Positions 53,723-64,000 of a DNA stretch of 64,000 nucleotides are shown one piece after another. The notes under the pieces are model-generated. The model ran no database searches, was not told the DNA's origin, and saw only the letters and a list, made by a program, of their open reading frames with translations. Every line of letters begins with the position of its first letter. The first letter of the stretch is position 1. Source of the DNA: Octopus vulgaris (taxonomy: Eukaryota); NCBI GenBank assembly GCA_951406725.2, contig OX597834.1:42098001-42162000 (forward strand), in the 5' to 3' direction. The position numbers and the translations under genes were made by a program.

Positions 53723-53956
53723 AAGCGGCGAGCTGGCAGAAACGTTGGCACGCCGGGCGAAATGCGTAGCCGTATTTCGCCTGCCGCTATGTTCTGAGTT
53801 CAAATTCCGCCGAGGTCGATTTGCCTTTCATCCTTTCGGCGTCGATAAATTAAGTATCAGTTACGCACTGGGGTCTATATAATCGACTTAATCCGTTTGT
53901 CTGTCCTTGTTTGTCCCCTCTGTGTGTAGCCCCTTGTGGGCAGAAAAGAAATAAGA
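53723..53956 (+). mobile_element. SINE family B, full length
   Basis: Complete family B sequence. Confidence 0.9.
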
Positions 53957-53959
53957 AAG

Positions 53960-55010
53960 ATTCAAGACAAGAACACCATTGTAGGAATGTACTCGAAACG
54001 ATGGAATTCGAGGATAAAATGAAGTGAACGATGTGATCGCATAACATCGAAAGCACAAGACTCCCTGTGCCGGACATGTCACAAGACTCAAAGCAACTGG
54101 TAGACCCGTTAAATTTTCGAGTGGTATCCAAAAGATTAGAAGAGATCAGCCTGAAGACATTCAAATCTGTGAGAAGACGACATAGTCAAACAATTTGGGT
54201 CCTAAATGGAAGAGAAGAGATCAAATTTCATAGGAACTCAACCAAATGAGTGTATCTCAAACGGAAAGGGGTCTCCTACTGGGGTTAACAAAAGGAAGAT
54301 TCTACTGATACTGAAAGGAAAGCAGTTTCAAACCCCCTATCAATTACACGTCTACTTCCTATGTGAAATCTCCCATCAGGGATAATTGCAGATGAGGTAC
54401 ATGAACACCTGTGCTTAGAGCATTTCGAAATGTTGGGAAAATGGTTTGGTACCAGTTAGAAAATAGAATGCGACATTAACGAGTAGAGTGAAAGTCAGGA
54501 AAGAGAAGATTAGCGGACATACTGGTAGGGAGAGAAATCTTTCAAGGGGACAGCTTATCCTTTGTCTTCTTCGTAATCGCACTTGCCTCCTTGTCGATTA
54601 TACTAAGCGAAATTAGGGAAGGACATATATTGGAAAAGAATATAGGGAAAAGTGAATTATCTATTTATGGAGAATTTAAAGTTTCGTGGTAAAGACAAGA
54701 ATCAAGTGGTTTTATTTGTACAAACAATAAGGATATTTAGGGGCGACATTGTGATGACATTCGAAATAGAGAAATCTGTTATGACAGCGATAAGGTACTG
54801 AGATAGATCTGCCTAAAGAGGAGAATATAAAAATGATTAAATGTAGAATCATATAAATATATATAGGAATACTGAAAAATGACAAGAAAATTATCCCCAC
54901 CTCTAGAGGAGGACGTGTCCATGAATTCCATATGGAAGTTGAGACCAATTCCATACGAGAAGGAGAGATAATAACAATAATCAAATATTCTCCACAACTG
55001 AAAAGACTTT
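53960..55010 (+). mobile_element. Decayed LINE RT (R4/Dong-like)
   Basis: FQGDSLS at 54541, followed by LFMENLK and VQTIRIFRGDIVMTFEIEK, with frameshifts. Confidence 0.75.
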
Positions 55011-55324
55011 TACAAAAAGACAGGCTTATTGCCCGGGCTTAGACAATAAATGCTGACACGTGTTTCTGACTCATTAACCCTTAATTACTGTATGGTAATT
55101 ATGAAAGATCCTCTAGAGGCGGAGATAATTATAATAAATCAAGAATTTATGTTGTATGGTATTTGATGTACCTGTATTTGTTTATGTTGTTCAAATCCAC
55201 GCCACTGGCAACTTTGAATTATTTCTTTTAGCAAATATTTAAAAATTAATATATGAATATATTTAGATTGAAATTTATAAATATATAGATATATTGAACT
55301 GAAGTTCCTTAGTATATTACTCTA

Positions 55325-55531
55325 TACTCTTTTACTTGTTTCAGTCATTTGACTGCGGCCATGCTGGAGCACCGCCTTTAGTCGAGCAACTCGACCCCGG
55401 GACTTATTTTTTGTAAGCTCAGTATTTATTCTATCGGTCTCTTTTGCCGAACCGCTAAGTGACGGGGACGCAAACACACCAGCATCGGTTGTCAAGCAAT
55501 GCAAAGGGGACAAACACAGACACACAAACAT

Positions 55532-55568
<37 letters not shown>

Positions 55569-55740
55569 CATATATACGACAGGCTTCTTTCAGTTTCCGT
55601 CTACCAAATCCACTCACAAGGCATTGGTCGGCCCGGGGCTATAGCAGAAGACGCTTGACCAAGGTGTCACGCAGTGGGACTGAACCCGGAACCATGTGGT
55701 TGGTTAGCAAGCTACTTACCACACAGCCACTCCTGCGCCT
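55325..55740 (-). mobile_element. SINE family A, full length
   Basis: Complete family A sequence. Confidence 0.92.
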
Positions 55741-56053
55741 ATTATATTTTAAAATACTTTTTATGCTGTTAAAATGATGTTAAACCCAGCCGCTCCCTCC
55801 ATCTTTTTGTAGATTCTGAATCTGACGTCCAAAATATATAAATCGAAGGGGAGGGTTAAGAATTCACGCTAAAACGAATAAGAACAGAAGATGCGATAAG
55901 ATAAGATCAACTACTTCATCTCGCATCGATCGACCTCTCAACCACAAGGTGAGGGCGCTTGGAAACAGGTACGAAACAGGTACACACATGTAAGGAACTA
56001 TTAGGCATATTGCCACACATACACGGATTCAGATACTCGCGGACACAGTCAAG

Positions 56054-56155
<102 letters not shown>

Positions 56156-56494
56156 GGGAGACAGAGGCATCGACTCAGACACCACATATTTATACTTATA
56201 AAATATATATTCAAATATTCATGTATTCAAGAGAATGAGTGAGCTGGGTTAAAGATCTATCTATCGTTTATTATTGATGCAATGAAGAGTGTCAACAAAG
56301 AAGCCGTTGATAAGAAAAACACACTATCTTTATCTTCACACTTATTTCACGCCACAATCGACCTGTCCCCGACATGTTTTGTTCCGAAACAAACCAACAC
56401 CGCGTGAGATAACGGGGCGTTGCGTCGAGGCAACCCATCCTACACGAAATAGCAACCAAATTGCCCTTCAATCCTCATCTTAAAACCCTAGCAA

Positions 56495-56701
56495 AAGGCA
56501 GAAACGTTAGCGCGCCGGGCGAAATGCGTAGCCGTATTTCGTCTGCCGTTACATTCTGAGTTCAAATTCCGCCGAGATCGACTTTGCCTTTCATCCTTTC
56601 GGGGTCGATAAATTAAGTACCAGTTACGCACTGGGGCTCGATGTAATCGACTTAATCCGTTTGTCTGTCCTTGTTTGTCCCCTCTATGTTTAGCCCCTTG
56701 G
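56495..56701 (+). mobile_element. SINE family B
   Basis: Family B core. Confidence 0.88.
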
Positions 56702-57058
56702 GAAATATTACGTTACATGATATGCGCTTAAATATACAAGCCAACCAGAGAGCCTCTGCGTCGATAATCCCTCCGCTAGATACAGTAGCTAAATCTCCTG
56801 CGACTGAAACTCAACTGTCCCAAGTTAAGAAAAAGAGATACATTTCGGGGAAGCATCGGACATAATGCTATGCAGTAGTTGCTCCAGCTCTGCGTTTTGA
56901 GTTCAAATTCGACCGAGGTGAACTCTACTTTTTATTGTTTTAGGATTCGATAAATAAAGTACCAGTCTTGTCGTCGAGCCGATTTTTTCCATTCTCTCAC
57001 TCTTTCTGCCTGCCTGTCTGTCTGTAAGCCTGTGTGTATGTCAGCGTGTGTGTGTGTG

Positions 57059-57101
<43 letters not shown>

Positions 57102-57404
57102 CATACACACATGTGCGTATGTATATATGTATAAGGTGTCGCTAGTACATACAAATGTACTCCACAAAGCAAGTCTCAACTTATCTACGAAAACAAAAGA
57201 ACAAAATCAGAAAACAAAACGGATTATTATTTTGCTGAAAATACTCAATAAATGATAAAAAATTAATTAGAGCTATGACGACAACAATGTTTATGGGAAG
57301 CAAAAAGAACGGAATGGTGGAATCTCGAGTGAATCATACATAACGGATCCCTCCCCGCCCGCTCTCTCTCTGTATACACATATATATGTATATGGAGATC
57401 GATC

Positions 57405-57466
<62 letters not shown>

Positions 57467-57487
57467 GTGTGTGTATATATATATATA

Positions 57488-57526
<39 letters not shown>

Positions 57527-57819
57527 ATATATATGTATATATATATATACATATATATACATATATATATTTATATAAAGAGAGAGAGAAGGCTAGAGAA
57601 ATTATTGATATGTAATTGTGCGAACCAATCTGTTAACCAAGGTATCTTCAGCCTGGTAGTGGAGTACCTCTTATTGAGGATCTACTAGTTAGGAAACATA
57701 CGTAGCCAAGATTTTACCTTGTCTCAAGATTTTACATTGTCTCAAGTGTCCTATTTATAGGACATCGAGTATTTCCATTTCTACTTGAAGTAAAGGAGTT
57801 TCAAATAAAAAAATAAATT

Positions 57820-58066
57820 CGCCCTTTTAAAGCCTAGCCAGGCTCATGAGCCCGGTTTCCCGGTTTCTATGGCTTATGTGTTCCACAGCTGGACGGGACG
57901 CCAGTCCATCGCAGCGTTACTCACTTTTGCCAGCTGAGTGGACTGGAGCAACGGGAAATGAAGTGTTTTGCTCAAGAACACAACGCGTCGCCCGGTCCAG
58001 GAATCGAAACCACAATGTTACGATCATGGTGCTGACACCCTAACCACTAAGCCACGTGCCTCCACA
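57820..58066 (-). mobile_element. tRNA-derived SINE (family D-type body) with a V-domain-like segment
   Basis: GGCACGTGGCTTAGTGGTTAGG head and GCGATGGACTGGCGTCCCGTCCAG segment. Confidence 0.75.
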
Positions 58067-58533
58067 TAAAGGAGTTTTAATAATTATTTTTTTTTATCTT
58101 AACCTATTGTCAATCATCTGTAAGAATTTAAAAGTAATATTCGGAAATTTAAGTAGTCTGGGAGTGAATAGGTTAAAGAGACAAGCTATTGAAACGCTCG
58201 CCATCTTGAAATACATCCAAATACCGCGACCTCTGCAACAAGGCATTTTATTTCCCGCTCTATCTGAAAGATGTGAAGCAATAATTCGACTGAAGTGTGT
58301 TGGTAATTGAGTCTTTACCAATCTGACTTTCCTGTAAATACCATCCGCTATGTCTGTATGTAGAACGGCAGTACTCTTTCGGGTGTGTGGGCCACTACGC
58401 CGATAGAAGTTTCATTTGTTCTTTGAAGAGAATCGACAATACGTTAAGACTGATGTATTTTCTGGCTTCGAAGAGAATGAGAGAAAGAGAGAGAGAGAGA
58501 GAGAACGAATGAACTAGTGAATGAATGTATATG

Positions 58534-58624
<91 letters not shown>

Positions 58625-58818
58625 TTGTATGTGCTTGCATGTGTGTGTGAGTGTGTGTTTAGCATGTTCGATTCACTTCTGACCCTATCCAAATGTGAAA
58701 TCCCAATGAGAGACAAACGGAGGTTACGATGCTTATGACTCGCGATGATCTTCCAAGCTCCACATGCTGTTTCATGGATGAAAAAAGTTTAGGCCTATAA
58801 GACTGTTTCATACATACA

Positions 58819-59558
58819 TACTCTTTTACTCTTTTACTTGTTTCAGTCATTTGACTGCGGCCATGCTGGAGTACCGCCTTTAGTCGAATCAAATCGACCA
58901 AAGGACTTATTCTTTGTAAGCCTAGTACTTATCTATTGCTCTGTTTTGCCGAATCGCTATGTTACGGGGACCTAAACACACCAGCATCGATTGTCAAGCG
59001 ATGGTGGGGGGACAAACACAGATACACAACATATACACACACATACATAAATACATATATACATATTTACATTTATACGACGGGCTTTTTTCAGTTTCCG
59101 TCTACCAAATCCACTGTGGCCATGCTGGAGCATCCCAGGACTCATTCTTTGTAAGCCTAATACTTACTCTATCGGGGCCAGTCGAGTAGATCGACCCCAG
59201 TACGAAACTGGTGCTTAATTTACCGAAAGGAAGAAAGGCAAAGTCGACCTCGGCGGAATTTGAACTCAGAACGTAAAGACAGACGAAATACCGCTAAGTA
59301 TTTCGCCCGGCGTGCTAACGTTTCTTTATTTCTTTACTGCTCACAAGGGGCTAAACATAGTGGGGAAAATAAGTACAGGCAAATGGATTAAGTCGATTAC
59401 ATCGAACCTAGTTTGAGACTGGTACTTATTTAATCGACCCTGAAAGGATGAAAGGCAAAGTCGATCTCGACGGAATTTGAACTCAGAATGTAGCGGCAGA
59501 CGAAATACCGCTAAGCATCTCGCCCGGCGTGCTAACGATTCTACCAGCTGGCCGCCTT
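58819..59558 (-). mobile_element. Cluster: truncated SINE A (58819-59115) plus a SINE B dimer (about 59175-59558)
   Basis: Matches to other copies in the window. Confidence 0.85.
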
Positions 59559-59619
59559 CCGCTGAAGTATTTATCCGAGGTCCACTCTGGTGGTGGAGGC
59601 TGTTCAAACCTCGCGTGTA

Positions 59620-59632
59620 GTTACTAGGTAAC
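59620..59632. promoter_or_regulatory. Candidate RFX X-box
   Basis: GTTACTAGGTAAC is a near-palindromic match to the X-box consensus, in non-repetitive sequence beside a minus-strand GTGAGT donor. Confidence 0.4.
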
Positions 59633-60807
59633 ACATCTGATACTCACAACAACATCGAATCCAACTACGGTATATCTGGCCACCAGCGTGGAGAATAGAT
59701 CTGAGCACTTTAACAAAACGCATAATTGTTTCGCAGACCAAATAAATACAATCTTTGTATTGATTCTCATATTGATATCGATCCTTATTACTGAATATTT
59801 CATTATATTCCACACACTAATTCCATTCAATAAATCGATTTACCAAAGCGTTAATGTCATTTTCCTGTTTCCTTTCACAAATATTTCGCAAAAGAATTCA
59901 AACCTCACACATTTCATTCTTTTTGTTTTTAAATATGGTTTTCCATCCTGCTCTGACAAGAAAAAAACGTCGAAACGCCGGCATGGCTTCTACGTGGCTT
60001 CTCGATATGCTAGAAATAACAGCTTGATTTCCCTCAGACACATTCTATTGCTTTTTTTTTTAGAAAGCTTGGGCTCATTGAGCAAATTAGACAAATATAT
60101 AAAAAGACAGGATGTCCAAGGCTGGAATGTCTTTTCATCATATATCTGTTTGAAAGAACTGACCTAGAGATAAACGATTAAGCACTCGAATATCTACAAG
60201 AAAGGATTTACTAGCTGGTCGCCGGGCATCCTAGACATAGTAGCCAAATCTCATTCAGTTCACACCCTACAGCCTAAACTCAAAGATATCCTTTCTTACA
60301 TCAAGACTTTCTTTCTTTCTTTCTTTCTTTCTTTCCTTCCTTCCTTCATTTATTTCCCAACTTTCCACTGAGTGATACTCCAAGAGGACAGTGACACTCG
60401 CAACCATTAAATTACTGCCCTGCGGCCAGGTTTGGAAGTAGTAGAAAATAGAAGAAATAGCAGTCAAGTCGTCCTCAAATCACACCATTTTATCTTTAAT
60501 AAAAGAGTACAGGTAGAACAATGCAGTCCTCAGTATACAAGAACCGGAACACTTCAGATGGTGTGTCACGGCAGGATTGTCTTTGATTATAACGCTGCTG
60601 AATAAGGTGTGTCCTAGAGTTAAATGACAACAGCTTCACCAAATCAATGCCGGGGTCGGGATTGTATGGGGTCGTAGGACCAGCAGAAAATAGCAGCTGC
60701 ATCGTCCTCGATTCTCTATTGTCTGAACCAGGCACCCAAAGGCTAAAACGCATACACACATTAACCTTTCGACAGATATATGCAAAACAGATGGGGTGGG
60801 CATGGCT

Positions 60808-61100
60808 GTGTTTATTTATTGAGCGAAAACACCTAGAGCTCAACGAGGCTCCGGCAGGGGGTGGTGGCGACCCCTGTTGTACTCTTTCGCCCTAACTTTC
60901 TCTCACTCCTTCTTCCTGTTTCTTGTCCCCGACTTCCTACGCAACCGCTGAGCCTGGATGCGCATTCATCCATCTGTCGATGCTCTCGGTGTCGGGGGTT
61001 GACCTGCTTTCTCTTCTGCGGGTCTTACGAATAGCAAAAGACCACGATTCGGACTTCTCCCACTGCGAGCTCTGGGACGAAGACCGTTTCGTGAAATATT
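60808..61100 (+). mobile_element. SINE family C body with tail type 3
   Basis: TTTATTGAGCGAAAACACC...CTCTCACTCCTTCTTCCTGTTTC, then a tail unlike types 1 and 2. Confidence 0.7.
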
Positions 61101-61574
61101 AATAATGTTTACTTTATTATTTATTTATTGTTGTCACACCAACATGTCACACCCTCCAACCACACAAAGAAACAACGCAGTGGTGCGTGCAGAGTTCAGC
61201 CGTACGAGTGGGCACGCCCAGCGAATAGGACCAAGAGTGCAAACAGAAAACCGATGTTTGAGGTGCGAGAGGGCCATACCTAAAGCGGTGTCGTTGCTAT
61301 CTTTCATTGTACATTGGAGAAGTTTCTTGCAACCCCCAACTCCAGGCAAGACTACTTGGGTGCTGATTTTAATGTCGTTCAGCCGACCATGACACAATTT
61401 GAACTAGATTACTCGTTACCAGTGGATATTGGGAAATTGATGGTTGTTTGGCAATATATTTTGATAAAACAATCAATAATTCATTAATTGATCAATGAAT
61501 TAATTATCAATTAAAACATAAACTGCAATCAATGCGAGTACTTTTATTGAGAGGATAACTTCTCCAATGTACAA

Positions 61575-62160
61575 TGACTATAACAACAGGCGGTTGTGCA
61601 CCATCGCCTCAATGCTCAGGATATTGGCTCCCCTCAAGTCTTCTGTGTTAGGAGTTAGCAAGGACACATTTAGAATGTGTCGTAGACATCGCTGATGGAA
61701 GCGTTCAAGAAACTTTACATGATGCCTGCAAAGGATCCATGCCTCAAATGTGTAAAGGAGCGGCATCAGCACACACGGTACACAACACCTTAAGGCGGCA
61801 GGCTGGCAGAAACGTTAGCACGCCAGGCGAAATGCGTAGCCGTATTTCGTCTGCCGTCACGTTCTGAGTTCAAATTCCGCCGAAGTCGACTTTGCCGTTC
61901 ATCCTTTCGGGGTCGATTAAATAAGTACCAGTTACGCACTGGGGTTGGTGTAATCGACTTAATCTGTTTGTCTGTCCTTGTTTGTTCCCTCTGTGTTTAG
62001 CCCCTAGTGGGTAGTAAAGAAATAGGTACATAACACCTTTTATTCGCCTTGTGATGCCATGTTGGGACCAGACACGGGACTCAAGATCCCTGATTGAACC
62101 AGTTGCCTTCTGAAGCTTTAATGATGCTTCATCATCCTGGTCAGCTCTGACTTAATGGAC
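61575..62160 (-). mobile_element. RTE LINE fragment interrupted by a plus-strand SINE B (61792-62026)
   Basis: LLYTFEAW...LERFHQRCLRHIL...SIEAM motif; TSD GGTACA(C/T)AACACCTT around the SINE. Confidence 0.8.
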
Positions 62161-62445
62161 ATCTGACCATTCAATGTTTTTTTCTTCATTCAGACATTGT
62201 GTAACCAGAATTACATTATTCAATTTATTCTTCTATTCTTTAAGATGGTGCTCTTTGATGTGATAAAATTTGTCTTTTATTTCTAGCACAATGTAAGACC
62301 ATACAAAGCCTCATTCGTCATGCAACACCGAGAAATCTCTGAGCAAACATAGCTATGATCGAAGACATTTAAAAGGTGATTTTTTGGATTCTGTTTTAGA
62401 AGTGAAAACAAATACAACAAAATAAATACAATCAGATTTTAACAT

Positions 62446-62451
62446 TTTATT
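62446..62451 (-). terminator. Candidate polyadenylation signal of the BHMT-like gene
   Basis: AATAAA on the minus strand about 830 nt after the stop, followed by a GT/T-rich tract (TTGTATTTATTTTGTTGTATTTG). Confidence 0.45.
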
Positions 62452-63074
62452 GGTTTCCGTATGTTCTTGAACATTCTTTTAAAAAATATATTCCAATAAA
62501 AACCGTGACTTTCCATTGAATATAGTTTGAGTTTTGTAAGTTGACAAAACATGTTATAAAATAAATAAAATGAGCTAAGGGGAATAGTTCAGCGGGTCAT
62601 AGGCATAACTTTTCAAAAGTTTAAGGGTCATACCCTTGAGACGCCGTATACAAATATATTTTCTTAATTATTTGCTTCAAATTTCCCTTTTAACAGAGAA
62701 AAATACAACGAAAAGCCAATGAACATTACTAGTTTTATGACAGTTCACAATGGCAAAAAAAAAAAAAGGATTAATTTCAAGCTACAAAGAATTATTTTGA
62801 CTGGTATGAAAATACTAGCGCCGGGCACTGAACTTTTCTATATTAACAAAATTACTTTTACTTTTCGTGTATTGAGTTCTCCCTTCTTTCTGTTAAGTTG
62901 TTTTCTAACTATTACACTACATGCACTCACACACACACATTTACTCGCACAAATGCGGTGTGTGCACGCACGTGCGCGTACATGTGTTTGTGTGAGCGCA
63001 TATACGCTTATACACACACACACACACACACATATGTATAATATATATATATATATATTATGTATGTATGTTTG

Positions 63075-63139
<65 letters not shown>

Positions 63140-63275
63140 CCTACTAATTATTGTGGAATATATTTACATTTGCAGAGTTCAAGAAAATACCATCGTCACA
63201 TCTGAAGTAGATTTTCTGTTTGTTGTTATAAACACAAAGAGCGAAGTTCTTCGAGCGATACGATCGTTGGTAGTT

Positions 63276-63547
63276 TTACAAACCAAGGAGTGCTTTCCTC
63301 ACTTTTGCATTGTATTCGCTAAGACCCTTGTCGGTGTTAAGATAATGATTCGACATATCTGTTGTATAGCGGCTGGCCTTGGTCGTTTTTCCACAAGTCT
63401 CACACAGAAGGCGGAAGTAATCAGACGTATTTCCGCAGCAAAGACCGATATACTGGACTCCAATCTCTTTACAGGCATTGCCAAAGAATTCAATTTCATT
63501 CCTGCTGCACTGGAACTGTGCCATGTTGCTCGGGAAAGTGTATTGTT
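63276..63547 (-). CDS. BHMT: Betaine-homocysteine S-methyltransferase-like (homocysteine S-methyltransferase family), last coding exon; upstream exons lie outside the window
   Basis: TTTCAG acceptor (CAG at 63550-63548). Peptide ...KEIGVQYIGLCCGN...GKTTKASRYTTDMS carries the Zn-binding GxCCG motif and an ASRY..DMS tail like BHMT. Stop TAA. Confidence 0.82.
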
Positions 63548-64000
63548 CTGAAATTATATTAAACCCAACTTTATCAACAAGCATGTAAACGTACTTCTCA
63601 ACTGTTTCATTTTTCAAACACATCAAGCGGACAGTTAATACAAAGAAGATAAAAATACAAGGGTGATAATAATTTTTACATAATATTTGGCGGGATTAGA
63701 AGTGTGAATACAAAAAGATACATAGAATACACCTATCTATATATTTTATTTTGTTGCTTCCTTATTACGAAGTTCTTAAAATTTCTAGTCAGTGATATCC
63801 ATGCAAAGAACTATTTCATCCCTTTCAGAAACCTCCAGCATGATACAAGATATAGGAATTAAACTGCATAACTTAATGCGTCTCTGTGTTCTTTGTGTAC
63901 ATGTAGTGTTTTGTTATGGCTCGTATTATACTGGTTACCATATTCGCTGACCACAGAAGGATGAAATGCAAAGTAGACCTCAGCAGGTTACTAACTTTAA

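Noticed and set aside
63548-63626. ORF-track N-terminus of the BHMT-like ORF
   Set aside because: Lies upstream of a TTTCAG acceptor and has no family resemblance; treated as intron.

Overview
AT-rich, microsatellite- and SINE-saturated eukaryotic DNA. The repeat landscape looks like a coleoid cephalopod (Octopus-like); this is inferred from recalled repeat types, not from a database match. Two real genes are supported, both on the minus strand. One is a complete four-coding-exon ODF3/CIMAP1 (SHIPPO-repeat) gene of 243 aa at 37710-34858. The other is the last coding exon of a betaine-homocysteine S-methyltransferase-like gene at 63547-63276. Nearly all other listed ORFs are microsatellite or SINE artefacts, or decayed transposons (Tc1/mariner, Tigger, hAT MITE, Helitron, RTE, R4/Dong-like, Penelope, HERO-like). 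Most notable non-coding signals: (1) an intact minimal type I hammerhead ribozyme at 4920-4989 (-), between a TATA box and a T13 run, plus two variant hammerhead-like motifs; (2) a 1.4 kb foldback whose arm identity drops in a step at a SINE insertion; (3) many other foldbacks, including two perfect 72-bp (TA)n-centred palindromes; (4) SINEs with swapped tails and recurrent self-junctions; (5) a 2.2 kb decayed palindromic-unit minisatellite just past the ODF3 stop; (6) a candidate RFX X-box and first exon about 22 kb upstream of ODF3. No CRISPR array, rRNA or true tRNA gene is evident. Identities quoted are by-eye estimates.
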